A DNA stretch of 64,000 nt from Candidatus Latescibacterota bacterium. GTDB taxonomy: Bacteria > Latescibacterota > UBA2968 > UBA8231. Made by a program: the position numbers and the translations under genes. Below are positions 9,705 to 18,796 of this stretch, piece by piece. The notes beneath the pieces were generated by a model. The model did no database searches, had not been told where the DNA came from, and saw nothing but the letters and a program-made list of their open reading frames with translations. The first letter of the stretch is position 1; the number at the start of each line of letters is the position of its first letter. Location of the stretch: the NCBI GenBank assembly GCA_965215195.1, contig CBDCDC010000002.1, positions 3,904,001 through 3,968,000 on the forward strand, in the 5' to 3' direction.

Positions 9705-11702
9705 TTGGCAAAAGCGCGTTCTGGACGGCTCTGGACGTTCCGGTTACTTACGGCGCTGGCCGGCGTGGGTCTGGTGGTAGGGCTAGAGTTCCTCCTGCGG
9801 CTCGCGCCGGGCTTGGGGCCGTCGCCATTGGTGGTGACTTTGGCCGAAGACGAGGCGACCGGCGAATCCCTGCGCGCGACGAGCCGGTTTTACGCGCAGC
9901 GATTTTTTACGCAATACAAGCGATGGCTGGCCGCAGCAGGCCAAATGGGCGAGCACTTCTTTGTGGAACCCGCGCCGGCTAACCGCTACCGAGTTGCGTT
10001 TGTCGGTGCTTCCACTGTGCAGGGTTTTCCCCATCCGCGCCGCTTGGCCGCCGCGTCTTTTTTGCAAGCGATGCTGGCGGATGCGTGGCCGGAGCGGGAG
10101 GTGGAGGTCGTCAACTTGGGCATCGCAGCCATTGCCAGCTTTGCGGTGGCGCAAGTGGTGGAAGATGCGTTGGTGCTGTCGCCGGATTTGGTCGTCGTCT
10201 ATACCGGACACAACGAATTCTACGGGTTGTACGGGGCCGGGCGGCACCAGCGGCTACAGTACTTTTTGCGGCAACTGCATTTGACGCATTTAGTGGATGG
10301 ATTGCTAGGGGGCATTGCGGCAAGGGACGAGCCGACGGATTTGATAAAAATGGCGGCTGTGCGCGGCGAGGTGCTGTTGCACAGTTCTGCTCGCACGACA
10401 GCTGAGCAGAATTTGTGCGCCAACTTGCGGCGCGTGGCCCGGGTCTGTGCGCGTGCGCAGGTGCCCCTGGTGCTGTGTACTATTGTGGCGAATGACGCGG
10501 GATTTGCGCCAGTGGGATCGACCGCGGGGGGCGAGGCGTGGCAGGCGCGGGTGGAACAAGCGGCGCAGGTCCTGACACAGGGATACGTCGCGCCGGACGA
10601 TGCCGAGAACGCGCTGCAGCAATTGGAGCAAGCAGCGGCCCTTGCCAGCGAACACGCTTGGTTGTGCTATTTGCAAGGCCGGGCGCTGGAGCGGCTGGGG
10701 CGGGACGCCCAAGCGCAGCGGGCCTTTCGCAAGGCGCGGGATTTGGACACCATGCCGTGGCGGGCTCCCACGGCGCACAATGCAGTAATTCGCGCAGTCG
10801 CCGCCGAGCATGAGGTCGTGTTGGCGGATGTGGAAGCGGCGTTTGCGGAGGCTGCGCCCGCGCAGGGCGTGGGTTGGGAGTGGATGGTGGATCACGTTCA
10901 CTTTTCTGTTGCCGGGCAGGCTTTGTTGGCGCGGACCGTTCTCCACAGCATCGCCGCATTGCAGGCTATTGACTTGGGATTGTTGCGGAGCGCAGAGGCG
11001 TATCGGCGCGCCTTGGGGGACCTGCCGGTGGAGCGCGCGGTGGCGTACAACAAGATGGGGGCGATGCTCGCACAAGCACCCTTGCACCAGTACAATGGGC
11101 ACAATGTGCGCTATCTCGAGCAACTGGCGGCCATGGAGGGGCAGCGGTTGTCGCCGGGGGAACGGCGCGGTCTTGAGCAGTGGATGCAGCAGGAGCAGCA
11201 GGGGCCGTTGGTGCTGGCGGTGGCGGATCAGCTTTTCACCGCGCGGGATTTTGCGCGGGCACAGGTCTATTACGCGGCCGCGCACCGCGAGGTGCCGTTT
11301 ACGCGACGCGGGTTGTGGGCGGCGGTGCAGTGGGCGTGGTGTACCAAGATGCAGGGGATGGCACTTACCGACGAGCAGCAAGACGAGGTGCGAGCCGCCC
11401 TGAAACAGGCGGGCTTTCTCGCGCACGATCCAGCCGTGGGCGCGTCCTTCGTCGATTTTGCCAAGGGCCAGCTACACCATTTGCTTGAAGAACGCGATCC
11501 GGCCTTGCTGCATTTGGAGCGCGCTTTTTTGGCCGAGGATTTTCGCCGCCGCTATGCGTTGAGCTTGTTTCAGGCGTTGGCGTTTGAATTGGTTTGGGCT
11601 GGGCGGGTGGAGGATGCGCGGGAATACGCGCGCTTGGTGGGGGGAGAGGTTGGACAGGAAGCGCATTTTTTGCGGATCGTGGAAGACCAACTGACGCCGT
11701 AG
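9705..11702 (+). CDS. SGNH/GDSL hydrolase-like protein with TPR
   Basis: VGASTVQG, VVNLGIA, YTGHNEFYG and DHVH blocks, plus an N-terminal TM anchor. Confidence 0.8.
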   Translation: MAKARSGRLWTFRLLTALAGVGLVVGLEFLLRLAPGLGPSPLVVTLAEDEATGESLRATSRFYAQRFFTQYKRWLAAAGQMGEHFFVEPAPANRYRVAFVGASTVQGFPHPRRLAAASFLQAMLADAWPEREVEVVNLGIAAIASFAVAQVVEDALVLSPDLVVVYTGHNEFYGLYGAGRHQRLQYFLRQLHLTHLVDGLLGGIAARDEPTDLIKMAAVRGEVLLHSSARTTAEQNLCANLRRVARVCARAQVPLVLCTIVANDAGFAPVGSTAGGEAWQARVEQAAQVLTQGYVAPDDAENALQQLEQAAALASEHAWLCYLQGRALERLGRDAQAQRAFRKARDLDTMPWRAPTAHNAVIRAVAAEHEVVLADVEAAFAEAAPAQGVGWEWMVDHVHFSVAGQALLARTVLHSIAALQAIDLGLLRSAEAYRRALGDLPVERAVAYNKMGAMLAQAPLHQYNGHNVRYLEQLAAMEGQRLSPGERRGLEQWMQQEQQGPLVLAVADQLFTARDFARAQVYYAAAHREVPFTRRGLWAAVQWAWCTKMQGMALTDEQQDEVRAALKQAGFLAHDPAVGASFVDFAKGQLHHLLEERDPALLHLERAFLAEDFRRRYALSLFQALAFELVWAGRVEDAREYARLVGGEVGQEAHFLRIVEDQLTP

Positions 11703-11806
11703 CGCGGATTCCCCAAGCGGCAAAGGCACCTAAGCGACCCAGTGATGGATACTGTTCGACACACCTTGCGCCGCTCGCAAGCCGCCCGCTCAGACGACCG
11801 TCGGTG

Positions 11807-11823
11807 CTGGCATAGATATTGCA
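11807..11823 (+). promoter_or_regulatory. sigma54 (-24/-12) promoter
   Basis: CTGGCATAGATATTGCA has GG and GC separated by exactly 10 nt, in intergenic DNA about 70 nt upstream of the CDS at 11896. Confidence 0.7.
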
Positions 11824-11895
11824 TTACACGCAGCGCAAGCCGCCTGTTGGTGGTCTTTAGTCCTTCGTTTATATTTCCCGCTGAGGAGTCCAGCC

Positions 11896-12567
11896 ATGAG
11901 CGAAAGTGCCGATCCCCAAACCCGTGCGATCCCCAAACCCGAAGAAATGCCTTGGGTCATTAGCTATCTGCACAACGACATTCAAGACCTACGTCGAGAC
12001 CTGCGCACCCAAGTAGGGGCCGTCAACAACCGCATTGACGAGACCAACCGCATATTGAGCGAACAGATTCATGAGACCAACCGCGTGTTGAGCGAACAGA
12101 TTCATGAGACCAACAACCGCATTGACGAAACCAACCGCGTATTGAGCGAGCAAATTCATGAGACCAACCGCGTATTGGGCGAACAGATTCATGAGACCAA
12201 CAACCGCATTGACGAGACCAATCGCGTATTGGGCGAGCAGATTCATGAGACCAACCGCGTGTTGAGCGAACAGATTCATGAGACCAACAATCGCATTGAC
12301 GAGACCAACCGCGTATTGAGCGAGCAGATTCATGAGACCAACCGCGTGTTGAGCGAACAGATTCATGAGACCAACAATCGCATTGACGAGACCAACCGCG
12401 TATTGAGCGAACAGATTCATGAGACCAACAACCGCATTGACGAGACCAACCGCGTATTGAGCGAGCAGATTCGCGCTGTCCACAAGCGCATGGACACCTA
12501 TTTCCTGTGGATGATGGGCACGTTGGTGGCCATCACCGGCGTCCTCATCGCCGTCATCAAGCTCTGA
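11896..12567 (+). CDS. Coiled-coil repeat protein with C-terminal membrane anchor (DUF1640/CCDC90-like architecture)
   Basis: Repeated NNRIDET and NRVLSEQIHET units, C-terminal TM YFLWMMGTLVAITGVLIAVIKL, GAGGAG RBS. Confidence 0.8.
   Translation: MSESADPQTRAIPKPEEMPWVISYLHNDIQDLRRDLRTQVGAVNNRIDETNRILSEQIHETNRVLSEQIHETNNRIDETNRVLSEQIHETNRVLGEQIHETNNRIDETNRVLGEQIHETNRVLSEQIHETNNRIDETNRVLSEQIHETNRVLSEQIHETNNRIDETNRVLSEQIHETNNRIDETNRVLSEQIRAVHKRMDTYFLWMMGTLVAITGVLIAVIKL
12025..12471 (+). repeat. Intragenic composite tandem repeat of 21-nt (A) and 33-nt (B) units: ABB x4, AB, AB'
   Basis: A = aacaaccgcattgacgagacc; B = aaccgcgtattgagcgaacagattcatgagacc. Copies differ by a few substitutions. Confidence 0.95.
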
Positions 12568-12888
12568 GCACCTCGAACCAGTTAGGACTGTCAAGCGCAG
12601 TCGAACAAAACTTTGCCGAGGTGAATCCCCTTTTGCTCCCACGGCCGGGCCGCGGCCGCTTCTGCGGCTGGTTGAGCACCCTCAATGCGATGCTCGTCTA
12701 CGAGTAAATGCTTGCCGGGAAATAATTCAACGCTCACCAGTTCCTTGCCACGCAATTTGCCGCGTCGGACGGGTCGTCCGCTCTGCGGAGCTGGCCTCTT
12801 TCCCCATCCCATCCATCTTGGTCCCTTGACGATTAGCGCACCGTCTCCTTTTTTGCCCTCCCGTTAATTTTGCCAAGAAGCGCACCCC

Positions 12889-14868
12889 TTGCAAAAGAAA
12901 ATCCCCGCCCATTACCTCACCCATCTCAGCGACCGCTACCTCGTGGAATTGCCCGGGTCCGGCCTGAGCTGGCGATCTGTGCTGCTCGGTCTGGGGCTGG
13001 TCATCGCCATCAGCGTTGGCAGCCCCTATTCAATATGGATAGTCGGCTCGTCGGAAATGACGTGGTCGTACTTTCCCATTGCTGTAGGCGCACCCCTGTT
13101 TATCCTGGTCCTATGCAACGCGCTGCTCAAACGCGCCCTCAGCGCGGCCGAGCTGATCACCATTATCATCATGGGGCTGGTCGCCAGCGGCATGCCCATT
13201 TTCATCATCGGCCTGATTCTCAGCATCATCTCCAAGCCTTATTACGGTGCGCTTCCCACCAACCAATGGGCCGAATACGTCCATCCCTATCTGCCGGATT
13301 GGGCCATCCCAGACCCGGCGCACGACGCCATGCGCTTTTTTTACGAGGGCTTGCCAAGCAAAGACATTCCGTGGGGGGCGTGGGCCGGGCCGCTGCTGTG
13401 GTGGCTGCTGCTGGTGCTGGCCATATACTTCGTCGGCCTGTGCTCAGTGGTAGTGTTGCGCCGGCATTGGATGGAGCGCGAGCGGCTGACCTTCCCCCTG
13501 ACCGAGGTGGCCTTGATGCTGACCGAAGAAGCCCCGGGATCGGCGCTGCCGCCGGCGCTCAAGACCCGGGCCTTCTGGATCGGCTTTGCCATCCCGTTTG
13601 GCCTAATCGCCTTCAACATGCCCAGCTACTTTTCCCCGGGTTTGGCGCAAGTGCCCATCTTTCGGGGATGGGCCTTTTCCCTCATTCCCCACGCACCGCC
13701 CCTCAACCTGCTGCTGTATTTTCCGGTCTTGGGGTTTATGTACTTGGCCCCACTGGCCATTTCGTTCAGCGTCTGGTTTTTCTACCTGCTCCACTTGGTG
13801 CAACTGGGCCTGATTAGTCAAACGGGCCTTTTTAACTTGCGCGCCGACCCGTTTGTGTACGGGGGGACCCCCCTGTCGTGGCAGTCTTGGGGGGCCTTTG
13901 CGGCTATGGTGGGGGGGAGCTTGTGGATGGCGCGGCGTCACCTCGCGGCCGTGTGGCGCACCGCGCTGGGCCGCGCCGGGCGGATCGACGACGCCGACGA
14001 GGTGATTTCCTATCGGGTCGCCGTAGGCGGCGGGTTGGCCGGGCTGTGTTTTATCCTCGGCTGGCTGTGGCGCAGCGGCTTGGAGCTGCACTTGGCGGCC
14101 CTCTATCTGGCGGCCGCGCTGGCGATCTTCTTGGGCATTACGCGGCTGGTGGTGCAAGCCGGTTTGCACTATTTGACCACACCCATGAGCGCACAGGGCG
14201 CGATCGTGGCTGCGGCCGGCTCGGCCTTGGGGCCGCAGAACTTGGTCGCGCTAGCCCTGACCTTTGCGTGGTGCAGCGATGTGCAATCGACCTTTATGCC
14301 CTCGGCAGCTAACGCGCTCAAGCTGCACGCTTACTACGCGCATCAACGCAGTGGGGGGCTGGCCGCGGCCATTGCCTTGGCGGTGGTGGTCAGCTTTGTT
14401 GCGACCACCAGCTTCATGATCTACTTGTGCTACGACTACGGGGCGAGCAACCTGCGCTCGTGGTTTTTCAATGCGGCCGGGGGGGCCGGGGGCCAGGCTT
14501 TCGACTGGGTCGCCGAGCAGACGCGCAATCCCGCGCCCGTTGACTGGGACAAGCTCGGCTTGGCCGGCAGCGGGGTGGTGGGCTATGTGGTGCTGGCGTT
14601 TTTGCACTACCGGATCGCGTGGTGGCCCTTGCACCCGGTGGGGCTGGCCGTAGCCTCGACGTGGATGGTCAAACGGATTGCGTTCTCAGTGTTCTTGGCG
14701 TGGGCCTGCAAGGCCTTGATCTTGCGCCTCGGCGGCGTGGCGCTCTACCAGCGGCTCAAGCCGCTGTTCATCGGGCTGGTGGTGGGGTTTTTCTGCGGGG
14801 TTTTTCTGTCGTTTGTAATCGACTGCGGCTGGTTTAAGGGCGCCGGGCATCCGATTCTGCACGGGTGA
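12889..14868 (+). CDS. Polytopic membrane protein (DUF6785/DUF6784, OPT-like peptide transporter)
   Basis: LRRHWMERERLTFPL and WWPLHPVG motifs, many TM helices. Confidence 0.75.
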   Translation: MQKKIPAHYLTHLSDRYLVELPGSGLSWRSVLLGLGLVIAISVGSPYSIWIVGSSEMTWSYFPIAVGAPLFILVLCNALLKRALSAAELITIIIMGLVASGMPIFIIGLILSIISKPYYGALPTNQWAEYVHPYLPDWAIPDPAHDAMRFFYEGLPSKDIPWGAWAGPLLWWLLLVLAIYFVGLCSVVVLRRHWMERERLTFPLTEVALMLTEEAPGSALPPALKTRAFWIGFAIPFGLIAFNMPSYFSPGLAQVPIFRGWAFSLIPHAPPLNLLLYFPVLGFMYLAPLAISFSVWFFYLLHLVQLGLISQTGLFNLRADPFVYGGTPLSWQSWGAFAAMVGGSLWMARRHLAAVWRTALGRAGRIDDADEVISYRVAVGGGLAGLCFILGWLWRSGLELHLAALYLAAALAIFLGITRLVVQAGLHYLTTPMSAQGAIVAAAGSALGPQNLVALALTFAWCSDVQSTFMPSAANALKLHAYYAHQRSGGLAAAIALAVVVSFVATTSFMIYLCYDYGASNLRSWFFNAAGGAGGQAFDWVAEQTRNPAPVDWDKLGLAGSGVVGYVVLAFLHYRIAWWPLHPVGLAVASTWMVKRIAFSVFLAWACKALILRLGGVALYQRLKPLFIGLVVGFFCGVFLSFVIDCGWFKGAGHPILHG

Positions 14869-14927
14869 ACGGATTGCCGTATATTGAGATTGCAACGCCA
14901 AGCCCCTACGAGGAAAGGTAGCCGCTG

Positions 14928-15701
14928 ATGAGCACTTCCCACCCCCTGCACGTGACGGCCGCGGACGTGCAATTCTACCGCGATCGCGGTTATTTCGTCT
15001 ATCCCCATCCGCTCTTTCCCGCTGAAAAGTTCCAGCGCTTGCAAGCCTTTTTCGCCGGCCTGTTGGCCGAGTTGCCCGCCGGCAAGCGGCCAGAGGCCAT
15101 GGACGTGCCGCACTTTGCCCACCCGGAGCTTTTCGAGTGGCTCCTCGCCGACGAGGTACTCGATTTTGTCGAGGCGTTTATCGGCCCGGACATCGTCTTG
15201 TGGTCGAGCCACTTTATCAGCAAGCCGCCCGGCGACGGCAAGCGCGTGCCTTGGCACGAGGACTCGGCGTATTGGAATGAGCGGCTCAGCGAGCACGAGG
15301 TGCTGACCGTGTGGCTGGCCATTGACGACTCAACGCGAGAAAACGGCTGTATGCGGGTGGTCGCCGATTCGCACACGCACGGCTTCTCCGACTACGTGGA
15401 GGTCGATCCCAACACCCACGTTTTCGGGCGCGAGATCGTGGCCGAGCAAGTCGATCAGTCGCGGGTCGTCGATTTGGAACTCCGTGCGGGCCAGTGCCAC
15501 ATCCACCACGCCAAGATCGTCCACGGCTCCAACCCCAACACCAGTGCCAAGCGGCGCTGCGGCTACACCATGCGCTACATGCCGGCGACGACGAAGATGC
15601 GACCCACCCAGTCCCACGCGGTGTATCTGGCGCGCGGCCGGGATCGGGCCGGCAACGAGTACGGCGAGCCGGGGGTGCGGTTTGGCGATGGCATTCGCTA
15701 G
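14928..15701 (+). CDS. Phytanoyl-CoA dioxygenase (PhyH) family Fe(II)/2OG dioxygenase
   Basis: PWHEDSAYW (HxD), TVWLAIDD..ENGCM and IVHGSNPNTS..RR motifs. Confidence 0.92.
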   Translation: MSTSHPLHVTAADVQFYRDRGYFVYPHPLFPAEKFQRLQAFFAGLLAELPAGKRPEAMDVPHFAHPELFEWLLADEVLDFVEAFIGPDIVLWSSHFISKPPGDGKRVPWHEDSAYWNERLSEHEVLTVWLAIDDSTRENGCMRVVADSHTHGFSDYVEVDPNTHVFGREIVAEQVDQSRVVDLELRAGQCHIHHAKIVHGSNPNTSAKRRCGYTMRYMPATTKMRPTQSHAVYLARGRDRAGNEYGEPGVRFGDGIR

Positions 15702-15716
15702 CTTGCGGTATGCACA

Positions 15717-15741
15717 CAAGAATTCTTCTGGTGGAATCCAT
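15717..15741 (+). repeat. 25-nt intergenic segment identical to 17080-17104 inside the downstream methyltransferase gene
   Basis: caagaattcttctggtggaatccat is present at both positions. Confidence 0.92.
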
Positions 15742-15757
15742 TGAAAGGATCATCCTA

Positions 15758-16048
15758 ATGATCATTACACTTACGCCCGACCTTGAGCGTGCGTTGATTG
15801 AGCAAGCCCATAAACTGGGCACCACGCCTGAACAACTCGCTCTCGACAGCCTACGGGCGCATTTTGCTCAGGCCGCGTCTCGCGAAAGCCCGTCAAAAGG
15901 GCGAGGAACACTGGCGGATTTTTTCCAAGGACATATCGGCATCCTGCACAGCAGTGACTACATTCCCGGCGGTGCGCGTATGTCGGAAAATAGCGGCAAA
16001 AAGTTCGCCGCGGGCCTGCTCAAACAACGCGAGCAAGAGGAACGATGA
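15758..16048 (+). CDS. Antitoxin (VapB/RHH-like)
   Basis: MIITLTPDLERALIEQAHKLGTTPEQLALDSL. GAAAGGA RBS. ATGA overlap with the PIN gene. Confidence 0.78.
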   Translation: MIITLTPDLERALIEQAHKLGTTPEQLALDSLRAHFAQAASRESPSKGRGTLADFFQGHIGILHSSDYIPGGARMSENSGKKFAAGLLKQREQEER

Positions 16049-16488
16049 CCCTGACGGATACAGGTCCCTTAGTCGCCTTGCTCGATGCCGATGATCCGTA
16101 CCATGCCGAATGCGTTGCCGCGTTGCATCGTTTGCCACCGGATCCGCTGCTCACCACTTGGGTGTGCCTCACCGAGGCTATGTACCTCCTTAGCGAGGTT
16201 GGCGGTTATCGCTACCAAGCGGCCCTGTGGAACTTGCGTACATCAGGCCGACTCGTCCTACATACTCTGACGTCAGCGGAAGCTGACCGGATGGCGGCGT
16301 TGATGACGCAATACCGAGATGCGCCGATGGACTTGGCGGATGCGTCTCTGGTAGCAACCGCGGAGAGCCGTTCCATGCGTCGCGTGTTCACCGTTGATAC
16401 AGACTTTTATATTTATCGCCTTGTTGACGGGTCTGCATTGGAAGTTGTGCGAGGCCGTGGACCTGCCGACGACTTGGAGCGCGAATGA
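16045..16488 (+). CDS. vapC: PIN-domain (VapC-like) toxin; its last codons come from duplicated PQQ-gene sequence
   Basis: LTDTGPLVALL, CLTEAMYLL, MDLADASLV and FTVDTDF motifs. Confidence 0.9.
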   Translation: MTLTDTGPLVALLDADDPYHAECVAALHRLPPDPLLTTWVCLTEAMYLLSEVGGYRYQAALWNLRTSGRLVLHTLTSAEADRMAALMTQYRDAPMDLADASLVATAESRSMRRVFTVDTDFYIYRLVDGSALEVVRGRGPADDLERE

Positions 16489-16496
16489 GAACGTGG
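16449..16496 (+). repeat. 48-nt copy of 18900-18947 (5' part of the PQQ-propeller gene)
   Basis: gcgaggccgtggacctgccgacgacttggagcgcgaatgagaacgtgg is identical at both sites. Confidence 0.95.
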
Positions 16497-16702
16497 GCCA
16501 CATCCACCACGCCAAGATCGTCCACGGCTCCAACCCCAACACCAGTGCCAAGCGGCGCTGTGGGTACACCATGCGCTACATGCCAGCGACGACGAAGATG
16601 CGACCCACCCAGTCCCACGCGGTGTATCTGGCGCGCGGCCGGGATCGGGCCGGCAACGAGTACGGCGAGCCGGGGGTGCGGTTTGGCGATGGCATCCGCT
16701 AG
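16497..16702 (+). pseudogene. 206-nt duplicate of the phyH 3' end (15496-15701)
   Basis: Identical except four synonymous third-position changes: TGC>TGT, GGC>GGG, CCG>CCA, ATT>ATC. Confidence 0.95.
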
Positions 16703-16749
16703 AGAGCGAAGCCTAATTTATCATCTCAAATCAGGAGGTTGTTTGAGAT

Positions 16750-17748
16750 ATGGAACTATTTCACAAAACCGATTTAGGGGAAATCTACTTGGGCGACGCG
16801 CTCGATCTCATGGTAGGTATCGCGGATAAAAGCGTTAATCTGCTCATGACGTCACCGCCATTTGGGTTGGTTCGCAAAAAGGACTACGGCAATGTCGATG
16901 CGGATCAATACCTCGATTGGTTTCGGCCATTTGCCAAAGAATTTATACGTATCCTCAAGGATAATGGTTCTTTGGTCATTGATATTGGTGGTGCTTGGAT
17001 TCCGGGGCAGCCGACTCGCTCGCTGTATCACTATGAGCTTTTGATTATGCTTTGCAGGGAATTCGATTTGCATCTCGCCCAAGAATTCTTCTGGTGGAAT
17101 CCATCAAAATTGCCTACGCCGGCCGAGTGGGTGAACATACGGCGAGTTCGAGTTAAGGATGCGGTTAATTGCGTCTGGTGGCTTTCGCCGACCCCTTGGC
17201 CGAAAGCTAGCAATCGTCGGGTTCTGATTCCCTATAGCAATTCAATGAAAGGATTACTCAAAAGTGGATATAGAGCCAAGCTGAGGCCAAGCGGGCACGA
17301 TATTAGTGAAAAATTTAACGTTGACAATGGTGCTTCTATTCCGCCCAATCTCATCGCAATTCCCAATACAGAGAGCAATTCTAATTACTTGCGACTTTGC
17401 AAGGAGCACGATATAAAACCACACCCTGCTCGCTTCCCCGCTGAATTGCCCGAGTACTTTATTAGGATGCTCACTGACAAGGGGGACTTGGTTTTCGACC
17501 CCTTAGCTGGCTCTTGTGTGACGGGAGAGGTTGCCGAGCGCTTGAAGCGCAAATGGCTCTGCTGTGATCTCGTCAAAGAATACCTCGAAGGCAGTCTTTT
17601 TAGGTTTGAGACCAAACATAGAGCGAAAAAGAAAGTGCCTTCTTATGGCCTTTGTCACCCTGCTGCGATGTGGAATGGAACTGATAGTGAAGAGGCCCTA
17701 TCGGACGATGGGGGAAAAAAAAGACCTAAAAACAAAACGAGGCCCTAG
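16750..17748 (+). CDS. Beta-class N4-cytosine/N6-adenine DNA methyltransferase
   Basis: TSPPF catalytic motif precedes HPARFP and the FDPLAGS SAM-binding motif. AGGAGG RBS. Confidence 0.92.
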   Translation: MELFHKTDLGEIYLGDALDLMVGIADKSVNLLMTSPPFGLVRKKDYGNVDADQYLDWFRPFAKEFIRILKDNGSLVIDIGGAWIPGQPTRSLYHYELLIMLCREFDLHLAQEFFWWNPSKLPTPAEWVNIRRVRVKDAVNCVWWLSPTPWPKASNRRVLIPYSNSMKGLLKSGYRAKLRPSGHDISEKFNVDNGASIPPNLIAIPNTESNSNYLRLCKEHDIKPHPARFPAELPEYFIRMLTDKGDLVFDPLAGSCVTGEVAERLKRKWLCCDLVKEYLEGSLFRFETKHRAKKKVPSYGLCHPAAMWNGTDSEEALSDDGGKKRPKNKTRP

Positions 17749-17754
17749 GAAACT

Positions 17755-18759
17755 ATGCCTGCTGCTTCGCCCGCCGAACTCGTCGATGCTGTTCTTCGCG
17801 CCATACAGAAATCCGGTGGCACCGGTTTCTACGTGTCTGAAAGTCCGGCTACTCATCCCAGAAAATTCTTGGTTCAGTACCTCGAAGATACCATTTCACT
17901 TTGGGTTTATATATGGACGCTCACTCATGGCGGCCGGCCATCGTTACCGGACGAGTACAGAATTCAGATGACCTCGATTACCTCTCCATTGCCGATCAAT
18001 ACAAGCGGCCATACTGTTTTACTGGGTTATCACGCTGAGACCGATGTGTTTGCGGGCTTTGATATAGATAAACATCGCACATTTACAGCAGGTTCGCCCT
18101 CCGTTCAGATCGATATAGAGGCTATTTGTACGGCTGTTGGAGACGGCCTAGCCTTTTCCCGTAAAGATAACGAAGAAGTAGCTGTTGGAATTCGTCCCGA
18201 TCAATTTTTGAATTACGTGTTCAACGCAGCCCCTCTGCATCAGCACGGAGGAGATATTTCGACATATACTCTCTTGCTAAAGGCCGCTCAGTTGGAGGAA
18301 ATAAGGCAGCAAGAGATGGAGTTTCTGACGCAAGAGCGGCAAAGAATAGTCGAATCGGTAAGCCGCTATGTGCGCGAGTCGAGTTTTCGTCGGCAAGTTA
18401 TGGATGCTTATGGGAACTGCTGTGCGGTGACCAAAACACAACTCAACCTCGTCGATGCCGCCCACATTGTGCCGGTAAAGGCCCAAGGGACAGATGATGT
18501 TTCTAATGGCATAGCACTGTCGCCAACCATACATCGCGCTTACGACAACAGCTTGATTTACCTCGACAAGAAATACTATATGCGGCTCAACAAACAGAAA
18601 GCGGATGAATTAAAAATCCAGCGGCTCGACGACGGCCTTGACGAGCTGCGTAGTTACTTGGATTCTCAGATACACTTGCCGGCCAATAGAGCGCAGTGGC
18701 CCGACCCCGAACTCATTGGGATGGTCAACAAGCTGCGGCGAATACAGGGCTACTATTGA
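17755..18759 (+). CDS. HNH restriction endonuclease with a methylase-associated N-terminal domain
   Basis: C-terminal FRRQVMDAY..CAVT..DAAHIVP..DDVSNGIALSPTIHRAYD. Lies directly downstream of the MTase. Confidence 0.88.
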   Translation: MPAASPAELVDAVLRAIQKSGGTGFYVSESPATHPRKFLVQYLEDTISLWVYIWTLTHGGRPSLPDEYRIQMTSITSPLPINTSGHTVLLGYHAETDVFAGFDIDKHRTFTAGSPSVQIDIEAICTAVGDGLAFSRKDNEEVAVGIRPDQFLNYVFNAAPLHQHGGDISTYTLLLKAAQLEEIRQQEMEFLTQERQRIVESVSRYVRESSFRRQVMDAYGNCCAVTKTQLNLVDAAHIVPVKAQGTDDVSNGIALSPTIHRAYDNSLIYLDKKYYMRLNKQKADELKIQRLDDGLDELRSYLDSQIHLPANRAQWPDPELIGMVNKLRRIQGYY

Positions 18760-18796
18760 GCTACGCAGTTTTGCTGACAATAAATAGGAGCAAACC

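Noticed and set aside
10305-11426. Long antisense and alternative-frame ORFs (also 6938-7990, 19076-20056, 56122-57036 and others)
   Set aside because: They are shadow ORFs of GC-rich genes with no recognisable motifs, and they overlap well-supported CDSs.
12025-12471. Possible CRISPR array
   Set aside because: Units are contiguous with no unique spacers, are multiples of 3, and lie inside an ORF with an RBS and TM anchor. No cas genes are present.
12568-12888. Gene remnant or ncRNA in a 320-nt intergenic gap
   Set aside because: A short coding-like stretch ends at 12707, but no family or RNA structure could be recognised.
16394-16702. 102-aa ORF as a real gene
   Set aside because: It is a chimera of off-frame PIN sequence, the PQQ-gene fragment and the phyH 3' duplicate, and it lacks the HxD motif.
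16497-16702. attL/attR of an integrase-driven element
   Set aside because: No integrase is present, the repeat is long with synonymous divergence, and two further duplicated fragments are not explained by site-specific integration.
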